DNA from: a virus
Lineage: Duplodnaviria > Caudoviricetes
Direction: 5' to 3' (one strand)
IMG/VR virus record: IMGVR_UViG_3300032030_000005
Location: 1 to 64,000 of that record
DNA length: 64,000 nt
Shown: piece after piece, positions 31,492 through 41,866 of the stretch
Layout of the letters: the number at the start of each line of letters is the position of its first letter
Numbering within the stretch: the stretch's first letter is position 1
Position numbers and translations under genes: made by a program
Notes under the pieces: model-generated
Database searches by the model: none
Told to the model about the DNA's origin: nothing
Seen by the model: only the letters and a program-made list of their open reading frames with translations

Positions 31492-34400
31492 TTAGATTGT
31501 TGCTGGACAATCAATGTTAATTACGATTCTTTCAATTACGCCAGTAAATTGAAGTGTAAGACTTACACGTACTATCCTCTGGATAATATCATAATCTGAA
31601 GCATAAACTGTAGCATTAGCATAAGTACAAGCACCGTTATTAATCCAGTTACCTAAGTAAACATTGATTTCAGCGGCCATAGCACTTCTTGTATCAGCAG
31701 TATTATGTTCAAACTGATATGTCTTAGCAATCTTTTCTACTGTTCTCTTAATTCTAAGGAGTACAAGCATATTATTAATCTGTCCAAGAGGACCTGCTGG
31801 ATAGTTTGTATTCTGTGAACCTATACGAATAGTAGTAACATCCTTTTCAAGATAGTTAATATTATTCTTATAGAGCTTTTCTTTCTGGTCTTCATTTGGA
31901 TACCAGTCATTAGAAATAAATCCACCTACTACACCACGTCTTGAACCAGCCATTGGATACTGTACACCATAGCTATTAATATGTTTATTAAGCATATCGG
32001 CAATAAGATATGTTGATGTAAGTGTAATATTTCTTGATGTATATTCATCATACCATACTTGAGACTGACCTATAATTGACATGAAGTATGTCTGATTTGT
32101 GAAACCAGACTTCCAATCAAGAGCATCTTGTAATGTATTCTGAATCTTAGTATCAGCCCAATAGAAGAAGTCTTGTCTTTCATCTCTTGCGAGAGTAACG
32201 ATAGCGTTCTTAATCGGGTCTTCATAGTTAGCATCAAGTACGTGATCGAATTCAAAGAGGTCCTTATTAAGAACATCTGGATTCCAAGTACCCTTATAAG
32301 CCTTAATACGAATATCATTGATTAAATGAGTACGTTTCTTAAGAGCAGAACTTGTTGAATCATCATATGTGAAGCTACCATCAGAACCTTCAAGTAAGCT
32401 GATAGGTGCAGAAATATCTGTAACAAGGTTATCATAGCAAAGAGTATTAAGACTAGCTAAAACTCTATCCTGCTTTGAGATATTTGTTTTAACGATTTCC
32501 TTGTTTTCCTTTGCTAAGTTAACAGAATCTTCAATATCTACCTTACACATATAAGGATAATTAATAACTGGATCTGCTTCTGCTTCTGTACTATCTAATG
32601 GTAATTTCTGATTATTAAATGTTACTTTAATAGCTTCATTAATGAGGTTTGTAACATCTGTTTGAGTTAATGAACCATCATTAAGATCAGAATTATAGTA
32701 GTTCCAGATTTCATTAATAGAATATGAAGAACCATTATACTTAACAATTGTATTTCTAATATCAATAGTACCAATTAATGTATTGATAATGTCAGAGATA
32801 AACTTTTCATTGATTAATACATTGATGATGCTATGGATATCTGAAAGCTGTGATAATGATTCAGAGAGAATCTGATAAATAACTTCATAACGTTCTTGCG
32901 TTAAACCACCAGATACGTAACCATTCTTGATATCATCATAAATACTAATAAGTGATGGACCACCATAAATGGTTCTTCTAGGTTCACCATAATGGTTTTC
33001 ACCAGTAATATTAATAAGAATCTTTTCAAGAATTGGCATCATACCCTTATATGTAGTTTCATCATTTTCATCTCTACCATAAAGCTGAATATTATTAAGA
33101 ATACCAAGAGGGTCAACTTCCTGATTCTTTAATTCACTTTCAGTTGAATCAAAATAATATGCATAAGGCTTACCATTATCAACACGATCCATATGGATAA
33201 GGTTGTAAATAGTATATGTCTTATTAAGAACTGTATTGATAATATTTGTAATTAAGTAATTAGCTTCACTTACAATAGTATCCATAGCAGCATAAAGATT
33301 TTCAAGTGATTCAGTACCAAGAATAATTGAAGCATTTGCTTTAGCTAACTTAGTGCTAAGATCGAGAATATTATTTCTATGTACATTAAGTAATGTTAAG
33401 TATGTAGATCTAAGATCAAGATTATTATTAATTGTCTTAATTAAATACTTAAGTGAAGAATAGTTAGAGTAATCTGTAACAGAACCCATATTGTTAATAA
33501 TAGATTCAAAACCAGCTACAAAAACATTTAATAATGTAGTGATTGAGTAATCTGCATAATTTAAATCTTCAAACTTCTTAGTAGTAATATCATTGATAAT
33601 AGTATCTTTACCCTTACCATCTAATTCTTTACTAATTAATGAAGAATAACTTGCAACCTTATTAAATGAGTTAGTTAACTTACCATTTCTAAGTCTTTCA
33701 GAGAATACTTCATCAAATACAACATCATTAACATCATCTTTGCTGAAATAGAAGTTTGTAATAACGTTATTAACACTTGTTGATTCCCAAACAGGGCTAC
33801 CTGTTGAATAATTATCTCGTGTATCAACTTTTAAGTTAAATGCTGTTATTGCAATATTTAAAATTTCATATTTAGCAGTTGTATTTGGATAAATAATCTT
33901 ACCATTTTCACTCTTCTGATTTACAATTGTTTTATCATTAATAGCATTTGCAAATCTAATTACATCTGTTAATGCTACTTCTAAGTATGGTAAATAGCTC
34001 TTTCTATTCTGATAATCATTATAACCTCTAACATCAAGAATCTGATCGCTTGAGTGATCAACATTCTTAACGAGAATTAAATAGTTATCATAATTAGTAT
34101 CGCCAAACTTATCATAGATAGCCTTGATAAATTCATAGTATCCCTTAACAGTATAGAAGTTATACTTATCAGCTTCATCAGTTCTAATCTTAGTCTGGAT
34201 TTCTAATGAAAGATTATCTTCAATATTCTTATTGAGAACGAGATATGTATCATTGTAAATCTTATAGTTTCTACCACCAGTGATTTGTTCGTATTTTCCA
34301 TCTACAGCTGGATATAAATACTTATTAACAAGGCTGTTAAGATAGCAATCATCATATCTTTCACCAACCATAACAGTTGTTCCGTTGATTGGCTGATAGT

Positions 34401-36441
34401 GCTTATTACCTAATACATCATATACTTTAAGTGTGTTAGCATATGGGTTAGCTAACTTAGTATTAGGATCAAAGAGCTTAGTATCTACAATTGGAATATA
34501 AATATCATCTTCATATGTATCATCTACATACATTGGATAAAGTTCAAATGTTTCAGCACCATCATTATAATCATAATAACTGAATGTAGTTGTTCCATCT
34601 GAAGGGAAATACTTCTGAACTGGTGCATCATTCTGTACAGCTATATCTGCAAAGATATTTGATGTTACATAATCATAAATTGTCTTATTACCAAGTGTAA
34701 CACCTTCATTTGTAAGAGTTGTATAGGCATCAGATACATAAGAACCTAAACGTCTATAAACAGTCTTACTACTATTTGTAGAATAAATAGTATTAATTGG
34801 AGCTGATGCAGAAGTAATTGTATAATATTTATCAGCCTTTACAAATGGATCAGAAATTACAAAACCAGTATTATTGTAAATATCATAGTTTGCAACGAAC
34901 TGAACATACTTCATAAAGTTATGATAATAGCTGATAAGATGTTCGCCAGTTTTCTCAATGAAACCATCTGGTGTAATTGTGCTAGCCATTTCTGTTGAAG
35001 AAATATATACAGAATCTGTATCTTCATAACCAGTCTTAGTTGCAGTACCTACATAAACACCATTATTGTCCTTTAATCCTGGATTAATAATTTCCTGTGT
35101 TCTAAGATACCAGCTACTTGGCTTATTAACAGAACTACCAACTTGATCTGCTAAGAATTCATTCTTATCAAATGAATAGCTATACTGATCACAGTTTCTC
35201 TTATTAGAATAAATGAGATTATCAACCTTATCTAAGAGAAGTCCCTTTACATTAGAGAATCCACTTTCAATATTACCTGAAATAATCTTATTAAGATTCT
35301 GTGAAATTCTATCCTGAATAAGCCAGTTATAGAAACCTCTCATATAGTCAGTGATATATTTCTGATTGTTATAGATAATCTTACGTGAATTATCTGCAAT
35401 ATCAACGATATCTGCAGTTGTTTCATCATTATTAGAAATATTGAGAACGTATTCACCGTTATCTGTAAGTGCTACACCATTTGAAGAATACTTCATTAAA
35501 GCAATATGAACGTCTTCTTCCTTACCAGTTGATGAACTAAAATATGTTTCATAAGAACCATCAGGCATTACACGGCTCTTACCGCTAATTACATCAACAA
35601 TATAAGGATCTACTTCGTTATTAATAATAGAAGCGAGCTTAATATAGTTTTCTGTATTAAACTTAACTTTAACATATTCAGAGTAACTATTAACAACTGT
35701 TTCAATAAACATTGACTTCTGGCTATTTGGATCAATTGCATCTGGGTCAAATGATACAAAATATGGACCGTCAATGATATCGAATGTTGATGCAGAAGTA
35801 TATTTAATAACTTCAAAAGTATAAACTCTGCTTGTAATCATTCCATCATAAGAAGAATTTAAACGAATTCTAAAACCAAGATCGTTATAGTATTCACCTC
35901 TTCCTTCTGGATATACTGCAAAGATAAAGTTATCAAAATAACCATCTGTAGTTGGATAACTTGTACGATCTTCTGCTAATTCACTTTCTAAAAGTTTTTC
36001 AGAAGTATTATTAACACCGATGTATGCTACAACTGGTCTTAAATAAACGTCATTGATTTTAGTTTCATTACCATTTGAATCAATAACTGTTTTACCATTT
36101 GTTGAAGACTTGTACTGAATGTTAAAAACAGCGTGAGCATATCTAGCATCTTCAGGAAGAAGTCTCATAATAACGGCAGAGCCACCATTTGTTAACCACT
36201 TTTCGATGTTATAACCAGCTTGACCAAATTTCTTAATATTTGGTGAACCATATTTAAAAAGAAATTCATCAAGTGTTGTAACTTCTTGTAATACATTATC
36301 CTTACCATGATCGAATACGTCAGCTACAAAGAGAACTTCTCTATTTACTGATGTATCATACTTATAATTATCAGTAGTGATATAAGTCTTTATAGAAGGA
36401 TGAAGATACTTTAAAGTAATTTCACTAGGCATATTAATCAC
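31492..36441 (-). CDS. Tail sheath protein with very large central insertion
   Basis: N-terminal EFLFKYGSP..WLTNGG..IMRL; C-terminal MAGSRRG, LYKNNINYL, INNMLVLLRIKR, FEHN, FTGVIERIVI. Confidence 0.85.
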   Translation of the reverse strand: MINMPSEITLKYLHPSIKTYITTDNYKYDTSVNREVLFVADVFDHGKDNVLQEVTTLDEFLFKYGSPNIKKFGQAGYNIEKWLTNGGSAVIMRLLPEDARYAHAVFNIQYKSSTNGKTVIDSNGNETKINDVYLRPVVAYIGVNNTSEKLLESELAEDRTSYPTTDGYFDNFIFAVYPEGRGEYYNDLGFRIRLNSSYDGMITSRVYTFEVIKYTSASTFDIIDGPYFVSFDPDAIDPNSQKSMFIETVVNSYSEYVKVKFNTENYIKLASIINNEVDPYIVDVISGKSRVMPDGSYETYFSSSTGKEEDVHIALMKYSSNGVALTDNGEYVLNISNNDETTADIVDIADNSRKIIYNNQKYITDYMRGFYNWLIQDRISQNLNKIISGNIESGFSNVKGLLLDKVDNLIYSNKRNCDQYSYSFDKNEFLADQVGSSVNKPSSWYLRTQEIINPGLKDNNGVYVGTATKTGYEDTDSVYISSTEMASTITPDGFIEKTGEHLISYYHNFMKYVQFVANYDIYNNTGFVISDPFVKADKYYTITSASAPINTIYSTNSSKTVYRRLGSYVSDAYTTLTNEGVTLGNKTIYDYVTSNIFADIAVQNDAPVQKYFPSDGTTTFSYYDYNDGAETFELYPMYVDDTYEDDIYIPIVDTKLFDPNTKLANPYANTLKVYDVLGNKHYQPINGTTVMVGERYDDCYLNSLVNKYLYPAVDGKYEQITGGRNYKIYNDTYLVLNKNIEDNLSLEIQTKIRTDEADKYNFYTVKGYYEFIKAIYDKFGDTNYDNYLILVKNVDHSSDQILDVRGYNDYQNRKSYLPYLEVALTDVIRFANAINDKTIVNQKSENGKIIYPNTTAKYEILNIAITAFNLKVDTRDNYSTGSPVWESTSVNNVITNFYFSKDDVNDVVFDEVFSERLRNGKLTNSFNKVASYSSLISKELDGKGKDTIINDITTKKFEDLNYADYSITTLLNVFVAGFESIINNMGSVTDYSNYSSLKYLIKTINNNLDLRSTYLTLLNVHRNNILDLSTKLAKANASIILGTESLENLYAAMDTIVSEANYLITNIINTVLNKTYTIYNLIHMDRVDNGKPYAYYFDSTESELKNQEVDPLGILNNIQLYGRDENDETTYKGMMPILEKILINITGENHYGEPRRTIYGGPSLISIYDDIKNGYVSGGLTQERYEVIYQILSESLSQLSDIHSIINVLINEKFISDIINTLIGTIDIRNTIVKYNGSSYSINEIWNYYNSDLNDGSLTQTDVTNLINEAIKVTFNNQKLPLDSTEAEADPVINYPYMCKVDIEDSVNLAKENKEIVKTNISKQDRVLASLNTLCYDNLVTDISAPISLLEGSDGSFTYDDSTSSALKKRTHLINDIRIKAYKGTWNPDVLNKDLFEFDHVLDANYEDPIKNAIVTLARDERQDFFYWADTKIQNTLQDALDWKSGFTNQTYFMSIIGQSQVWYDEYTSRNITLTSTYLIADMLNKHINSYGVQYPMAGSRRGVVGGFISNDWYPNEDQKEKLYKNNINYLEKDVTTIRIGSQNTNYPAGPLGQINNMLVLLRIKRTVEKIAKTYQFEHNTADTRSAMAAEINVYLGNWINNGACTYANATVYASDYDIIQRIVRVSLTLQFTGVIERIVINIDCPATI

Positions 36442-36667
36442 TTCGATTGTCTTTAATAATATAGATTATAAACTATAAAATGCTTAAGCTGAAGCATTTG
36501 ATGATTACTAAATTAGACAATCATTTCCTTTCTTCAAAAATTTTAGCTTATTTTTCATCTAGTAACCATATAATTAATAAATTTTATGGATTTATAAAAG
36601 AATGTTTAAGATATTGATATATTATTATATCAACAAACATTTATACTTTTATAAAGAGGTGATATTA

Positions 36668-37594
36668 ATGTTCGTTATTAATAAAGACAGATTCTTTGAG
36701 ATATTAACAACTATGAATAAAACATGTATGTTTAGAGATATTAAGGATAAGTATATAAAAGATGTACCTAAACTTAAGGAGATCTTTGAGTTCGTAGATT
36801 TAAATAAATATGACTTAGAATACTGTCAGAATAGATTAGTTGCTATTAAAGATAAAACAACACCTATTAATTTTATCCGTAATCTTATTATATGTCCATT
36901 TGATACCGAATTTGTATTACAGAGTGAAGAATGTGAAAATATCACTTATGAATTCCCTTCAACACTTAGAAAATCATATCTTACTACAGGTAATACAGGT
37001 GGTGAAAATGAATCATTATGTATTAAAGGATATATGAATCCATCTATATTAAATAGTATACTATTATATATGTTAGATACTAATTTAATTCCATCAGATA
37101 CTATGGTTATCTTTTCATTAAAGGCTAATACTACTAAATTTGATGCCGATGATATAATCGAATATTTACAGGTAAAAGGTCTTAATGATGTTAATAAAGG
37201 TATTGTAAATGTTATTAATTTAAATTATACTAGCTTAGATAAAGGTTATCCTAAGAAAGATTTTGCCGGAAAGATAGTTATTCAAAGTGATGATCCATCT
37301 TTTGCTAATTATGCTTTACGTAAATTTAATATAGATCAAAACTTTGATAAAACTTTAATTAATAATTTTGAAACATTTGTTAAACCAATGCCTAAAATTA
37401 AAGATAACTATTTAAAATTATTACAGTATTTTAGAATTCCATTATATATAGAAGATAGATTATTTATATTTACAGATAAGACTATTAATATGAAATATCA
37501 TGTAATATGTAATACTAATTTCTTAGTAGAATGGAATACTATTAATAATTATATTAATGAATTATATTATTATATAAAAAGAGGTGAATTATAA
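36668..37594 (+). CDS. Hypothetical protein (possible degenerate Zn-peptidase fold)
   Basis: GAGGTGA SD before ATG 36668; late promoter upstream. Confidence 0.7.
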   Translation: MFVINKDRFFEILTTMNKTCMFRDIKDKYIKDVPKLKEIFEFVDLNKYDLEYCQNRLVAIKDKTTPINFIRNLIICPFDTEFVLQSEECENITYEFPSTLRKSYLTTGNTGGENESLCIKGYMNPSILNSILLYMLDTNLIPSDTMVIFSLKANTTKFDADDIIEYLQVKGLNDVNKGIVNVINLNYTSLDKGYPKKDFAGKIVIQSDDPSFANYALRKFNIDQNFDKTLINNFETFVKPMPKIKDNYLKLLQYFRIPLYIEDRLFIFTDKTINMKYHVICNTNFLVEWNTINNYINELYYYIKRGEL

Positions 37595-38154
37595 TGAATA
37601 AAGAACTCAAAAAAGCTTATTTAAAGTATTATCTTAAAGATACTGAAAACGCTTTATCTTTTAATGAATGGTTTGATTATTTATTAGAAAAAGCTGATGA
37701 ATTAGATGAATATAATTTCTTAAATGAAGATTTTATAGAAGCTGAAAAGTACTACGATGCTTTATGTGAAGATATTAATATCAGCTATTCTAATACTGAT
37801 AAAAATAAAAAAGAAGATAAAAGAGAAAAAAAATTAGATGCTGATAAAATTGAACAAAAATATAAAGACTATTGTAACAAAATGAAGACAAAAGGTAAAA
37901 AACCTTTACCTTATAGTGAATGGAAAGATAGACAAAATTTAGCTAGAGATTTAAAATTAACTATGGCAACTGCTGGTATTGCTGTTACTGGCGTTGCAGC
38001 TACAAAAATAGGTGGAGCAATATCTAGTAAAGCTGCTAAAAAAATATATAATGATAAACATGAAGTAAAATCTAAATCTATTGAATTTAGCACTCATGGT
38101 AAACGTAAAAAAACTACCTTTACTGCCAAAACTGAATACTACAATGATAAATGA
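37594..38154 (+). CDS. Hypothetical basic protein with acidic N-terminus and Ala/Gly hydrophobic segment (candidate internal virion protein)
   Basis: 186-aa ORF coupled to the upstream gene. Confidence 0.7.
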   Translation: MNKELKKAYLKYYLKDTENALSFNEWFDYLLEKADELDEYNFLNEDFIEAEKYYDALCEDINISYSNTDKNKKEDKREKKLDADKIEQKYKDYCNKMKTKGKKPLPYSEWKDRQNLARDLKLTMATAGIAVTGVAATKIGGAISSKAAKKIYNDKHEVKSKSIEFSTHGKRKKTTFTAKTEYYNDK

Positions 38155-38194
38155 TAAAAAATCCTAAAGAGTATAATACTCTTTAGGATTTTAT

Positions 38195-38701
38195 TTATTT
38201 TTTAATTATATTATGGCATTTTTTACCAATATATTTGATTGTATTTTTACTATGTCTTATAGATGCATCTTTTGCTCTTAATGCTCGTCCTAATTTTATT
38301 TTATCTTTTTTACTTAAATTTTCTGGATCTCTTTTTAATTTATGTATAATGGCTTTATCTAATAAATCTTTTTTAGTTTTAGAATCATTTAACATACTAT
38401 CCACTCGTCTAATACTTTTTTTATTATCACTATGAACAGCTAATGCTCCACCACCAACAGCTAATGCTCCACCAGTACCAAGTATAATTTCTTTTTTATG
38501 TTTTTTCAAAAAATTTTTAATATCTTCATTTTCATTATCCGTATTTTTATCTACATGTTTTTCAGTAGATTTACTTTTAAATTTATCTTTAATTTTATCA
38601 AATATTTCATTTTCATTTAAATAAATATCATCTATAGCATCATAATAACCTTCTAAAAAAGCTTCTTCATAATTCATAAAATAACGCTCCTTTCCATACA
38701 A
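38195..38701 (-). CDS. Hypothetical basic protein (candidate internal virion protein; likely start MNYEEAF)
   Basis: EAFLEGYYDAIDDIYLNE leader; GGALAVGGGALAV segment. Confidence 0.7.
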   Translation of the reverse strand: MYGKERYFMNYEEAFLEGYYDAIDDIYLNENEIFDKIKDKFKSKSTEKHVDKNTDNENEDIKNFLKKHKKEIILGTGGALAVGGGALAVHSDNKKSIRRVDSMLNDSKTKKDLLDKAIIHKLKRDPENLSKKDKIKLGRALRAKDASIRHSKNTIKYIGKKCHNIIKK

Positions 38702-38768
38702 TTTAATAATAAGTAGTTTAAGAAACTAATCTTTATACTATTTAATTAATATAAAGGATGGTGAGTAT

Positions 38769-39506
38769 ATGCTTAAATTCTTTGAACAAGATGGAGAATC
38801 TATTAGATTTACTGGAGATATTCTTAATATTTATCTTCCTAAGAATTATTTTGAATCTAATGTAGCGTACTATGATGGTAATGAAGTAAATACTATAGCA
38901 TATTTCTTCTTTGAAGTAAAATCATTTGCTATGGAAGAAAAAGATGAATTGGGTCATATTTATACTTTTAAATTACCTGCAAGAATTGTTTTTGAATTTG
39001 ATGATAAGAATTCTAAGACAATAAATATTAAAGATACTGGAGATATTCAATATGATATATTGACTATGAATAAAGGTAGTTTATTTGTAAAGAATATTAA
39101 CGTAGAAAAATCTGCTACAAACGCTAAAGACTTCTTATATATGTTGCATAAAGGTAGATTTCCATCATTAATTCCTTATGATGAGATTATTAAAATTTAT
39201 ATGCAGAACTTATCTCTTAATGAAATGTCATTAGGATGTCAAAATTGTATATATGAATTAATGATAGGTGAATTAATGCGTAATAAGAAAAATCTTAAAG
39301 AACCTTTTAGAAAATCTATTAATAAAGAATCTGTAAATCCTCTCGATTATAAAAATATCAATATGAAGAATATAGCCTTCTTTAACTCAACATATACAGC
39401 TGTATCATTTGAAGATATGAATAAAGCCTTAGTTAGTGGTGTAGCTAAAGATATTACTAAAGAAAAAGAAATTCGTTCTCCTGTTGAGAAGGTATTGAAG
39501 TACTGA
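38769..39506 (+). CDS. Probable RNA polymerase beta-prime C-terminal fragment
   Basis: IYELMIGELMR and NSTYTAVSFEDMNKALVSG..RSPVEKVL resemble the beta' motifs hiEvivrqm and SflsaaSFqet..vL..aa...l.gl.env. Confidence 0.6.
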   Translation: MLKFFEQDGESIRFTGDILNIYLPKNYFESNVAYYDGNEVNTIAYFFFEVKSFAMEEKDELGHIYTFKLPARIVFEFDDKNSKTINIKDTGDIQYDILTMNKGSLFVKNINVEKSATNAKDFLYMLHKGRFPSLIPYDEIIKIYMQNLSLNEMSLGCQNCIYELMIGELMRNKKNLKEPFRKSINKESVNPLDYKNINMKNIAFFNSTYTAVSFEDMNKALVSGVAKDITKEKEIRSPVEKVLKY

Positions 39507-39618
39507 TTAAAATTCCCTAAAGAGTTAATGCTCTTTAGGGATTTTATTTATATATTATTACTATGTAAAAAGTGTTAATATTAAAATATTAACTAAATAT
39601 GAAAGGAAGTAATAATTA

Positions 39619-40674
39619 ATGGAAATGGAAGGAAAATATTTAAAAGTACGCACATGCTCAGATATTAAAGCTTTTTGTAGACAGAATCATATTTTAGAAG
39701 AAGAATTTAATAATCCAGTAATTATATATGGTGATATGTCTGGATATGCAGGATATCTCTTAGGAGGTAAGAAATTTTTTAATAGTGAAGTAATTATTAA
39801 AGAAGGTGTTAAAAATTGTGAATTTTTATTTCATAATTGCAGCAAGTTTAATCAACCAGTTATAATACCTTCAACTGTTAAAAACTGCAATTCAATGTTT
39901 ATAGGTTGTACTGCATTTAATCAAGCGATTAATATACCGGGTACAGTTTATAGTTGTGATATGATGTTTCGTAGTTGCACATCTCTTAATAGCCCAATTA
40001 CATTAAATGAAGGAACTGACAGCTGTTCTGCTATATTTATGAATTGTACGGAATTTAATCAACCAGTTATAATACCTTCAACTATTAGAGGCTGTGTTCA
40101 GATGTTTCATAGTTGTGAAAAATTTAATCAACCTGTTACCCTTTCAGAAAATAATGACGATTGCACTGAAATGTTTATGCGTTGTTATTCGTTTAACCAG
40201 CCAATCACAATTCCAGAAAAAGTAATAAATTGTCATAGTATGTTTTGTCAATGTAAAAAATTTAATCAACAAGTAATATTACCAGAAAATCTTGAATGTT
40301 GCGATCAAATGTTTATATATTGTACTGCATTTAATCAACCTATTATAATTCCTATGCATGTTCCTATAACAGACTGTATTGAGATGTTTGATTATTGTGA
40401 TAGTTTAGATCCGGCAAATATATTATATTTAAATAACGGACCAAATTCTTGTGTTGTATGGTCTGGTCGGTTAGGTAGGATAAGAGACTTTTATACAATC
40501 AGAGTATGTATAAATGATAAATATTATAGTAACAGTATACTTTGTGATGAAAATATAAAAAATATCAAACCGTCTGAAGTTTATTATGATAAATATGATA
40601 ATTCATTAAAATTTAATCATAAACTAACTACTAAAAGATTAGCGAAGATGTTATTAAATGCAAATTTATATTAA
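39619..40674 (+). CDS. BspA/DUF285-like leucine-rich-repeat protein
   Basis: About nine 22-aa repeats CxxMFxxCxxFNQPVxIPxxV. Confidence 0.85.
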   Translation: MEMEGKYLKVRTCSDIKAFCRQNHILEEEFNNPVIIYGDMSGYAGYLLGGKKFFNSEVIIKEGVKNCEFLFHNCSKFNQPVIIPSTVKNCNSMFIGCTAFNQAINIPGTVYSCDMMFRSCTSLNSPITLNEGTDSCSAIFMNCTEFNQPVIIPSTIRGCVQMFHSCEKFNQPVTLSENNDDCTEMFMRCYSFNQPITIPEKVINCHSMFCQCKKFNQQVILPENLECCDQMFIYCTAFNQPIIIPMHVPITDCIEMFDYCDSLDPANILYLNNGPNSCVVWSGRLGRIRDFYTIRVCINDKYYSNSILCDENIKNIKPSEVYYDKYDNSLKFNHKLTTKRLAKMLLNANLY

Positions 40675-40692
40675 AAAGGAGTTAAAAAAAAT

Positions 40693-41850
40693 ATGGTAAT
40701 AGTTAGAAACCGTTACAGTATCAAGGAATACTGTAAAGAACATGGTATTTTTGTAGATGAGTTCAATGAACCTGTAAAACTAGAACCGGACGGTTTAAAT
40801 TGTGATTGTTTTTTCGCAAATTGTCGTTCGTTTAATCAACCAGTAGAAATACCTAAAGGTATTATAAGCTGTGAGAATATGTTCTTAAGATGTGATAACT
40901 TTAATAGTCCAGTAACTTTCATTGGTAATACAGTAAAAAATGTTGAATCTATGTTTAATGATTGTAAGTCTTTTAATCAACCAATAGAATTTCCAAATAG
41001 TGTAGTTAATATGAAAAGTACGTTTTCAAGTTGTCGTAAATTCAATCAGAAGATTACAATACCTGAAAATGTAATGTATTGTGAACGTATGTTTGAATAC
41101 TGTTATGATTTCAATCAACCAATAGAATTACCTGATTGCGTTATTAATATGCAATCCATGTTTTCATGTTGTGAAAGTTTTAATCAATCGTTAAAAATAC
41201 CATTAGGAACTACATCTCTGTATTTTACATTTTATAAATGTATTAATTTAAATAAAGATATTATATTACATGATAATATATATAATATGTGTGATACATT
41301 TTATATGTGTAGTAAGTTTAATCAACCAATAACAATACCAAAATATATATATAATTTAAATAGTACATACTTTGGTTGTGAAAGTTTAAATTTAAATCAA
41401 ACGATTGATTTAACAAAATATAAATATTTAAATAATACGAATAACATGTTTAATAACTGTAGTAATTTAAAAATAGATGTGAAAATAAGTGATGCACAAA
41501 TAGTCAATAATGGTAATTGTCAGTGTATCTTTGATGCTAATAGTGAAAGTAATGTAATTACTAAAGATCTCAAAGAAATATTAAAAGACTGGAATAAAGC
41601 TAAACATTATACAAAAAATGGTGACTTATTAAAATTTAAAAAGATAATAATAAATGGTAATGAATATGACTATATATCAAAATATATTAGAAAATCTAAA
41701 CATGATCTATGGAAAATAAATTTTAAAAATACAACCATAGAATATATTAGTGATAAACCTTTTAGTGAAAAAAGGTTAGCTAAATATTTATTAGATGTTA
41801 ATTTATCATATCAGCGTATGGCTAATGCAATGTTACAAGGTATTTTATAA
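40693..41850 (+). CDS. BspA/DUF285-like leucine-rich-repeat protein
   Basis: About nine FNQPIxxP repeats. Confidence 0.85.
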   Translation: MVIVRNRYSIKEYCKEHGIFVDEFNEPVKLEPDGLNCDCFFANCRSFNQPVEIPKGIISCENMFLRCDNFNSPVTFIGNTVKNVESMFNDCKSFNQPIEFPNSVVNMKSTFSSCRKFNQKITIPENVMYCERMFEYCYDFNQPIELPDCVINMQSMFSCCESFNQSLKIPLGTTSLYFTFYKCINLNKDIILHDNIYNMCDTFYMCSKFNQPITIPKYIYNLNSTYFGCESLNLNQTIDLTKYKYLNNTNNMFNNCSNLKIDVKISDAQIVNNGNCQCIFDANSESNVITKDLKEILKDWNKAKHYTKNGDLLKFKKIIINGNEYDYISKYIRKSKHDLWKINFKNTTIEYISDKPFSEKRLAKYLLDVNLSYQRMANAMLQGIL

Positions 41851-41866
41851 TAAAGGAGATATATTT

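Noticed and set aside
31492-36441. Intein in the sheath gene
   Set aside because: No N-terminal C/S block with a matching HN-C/S/T end and no LAGLIDADG motifs were recognised
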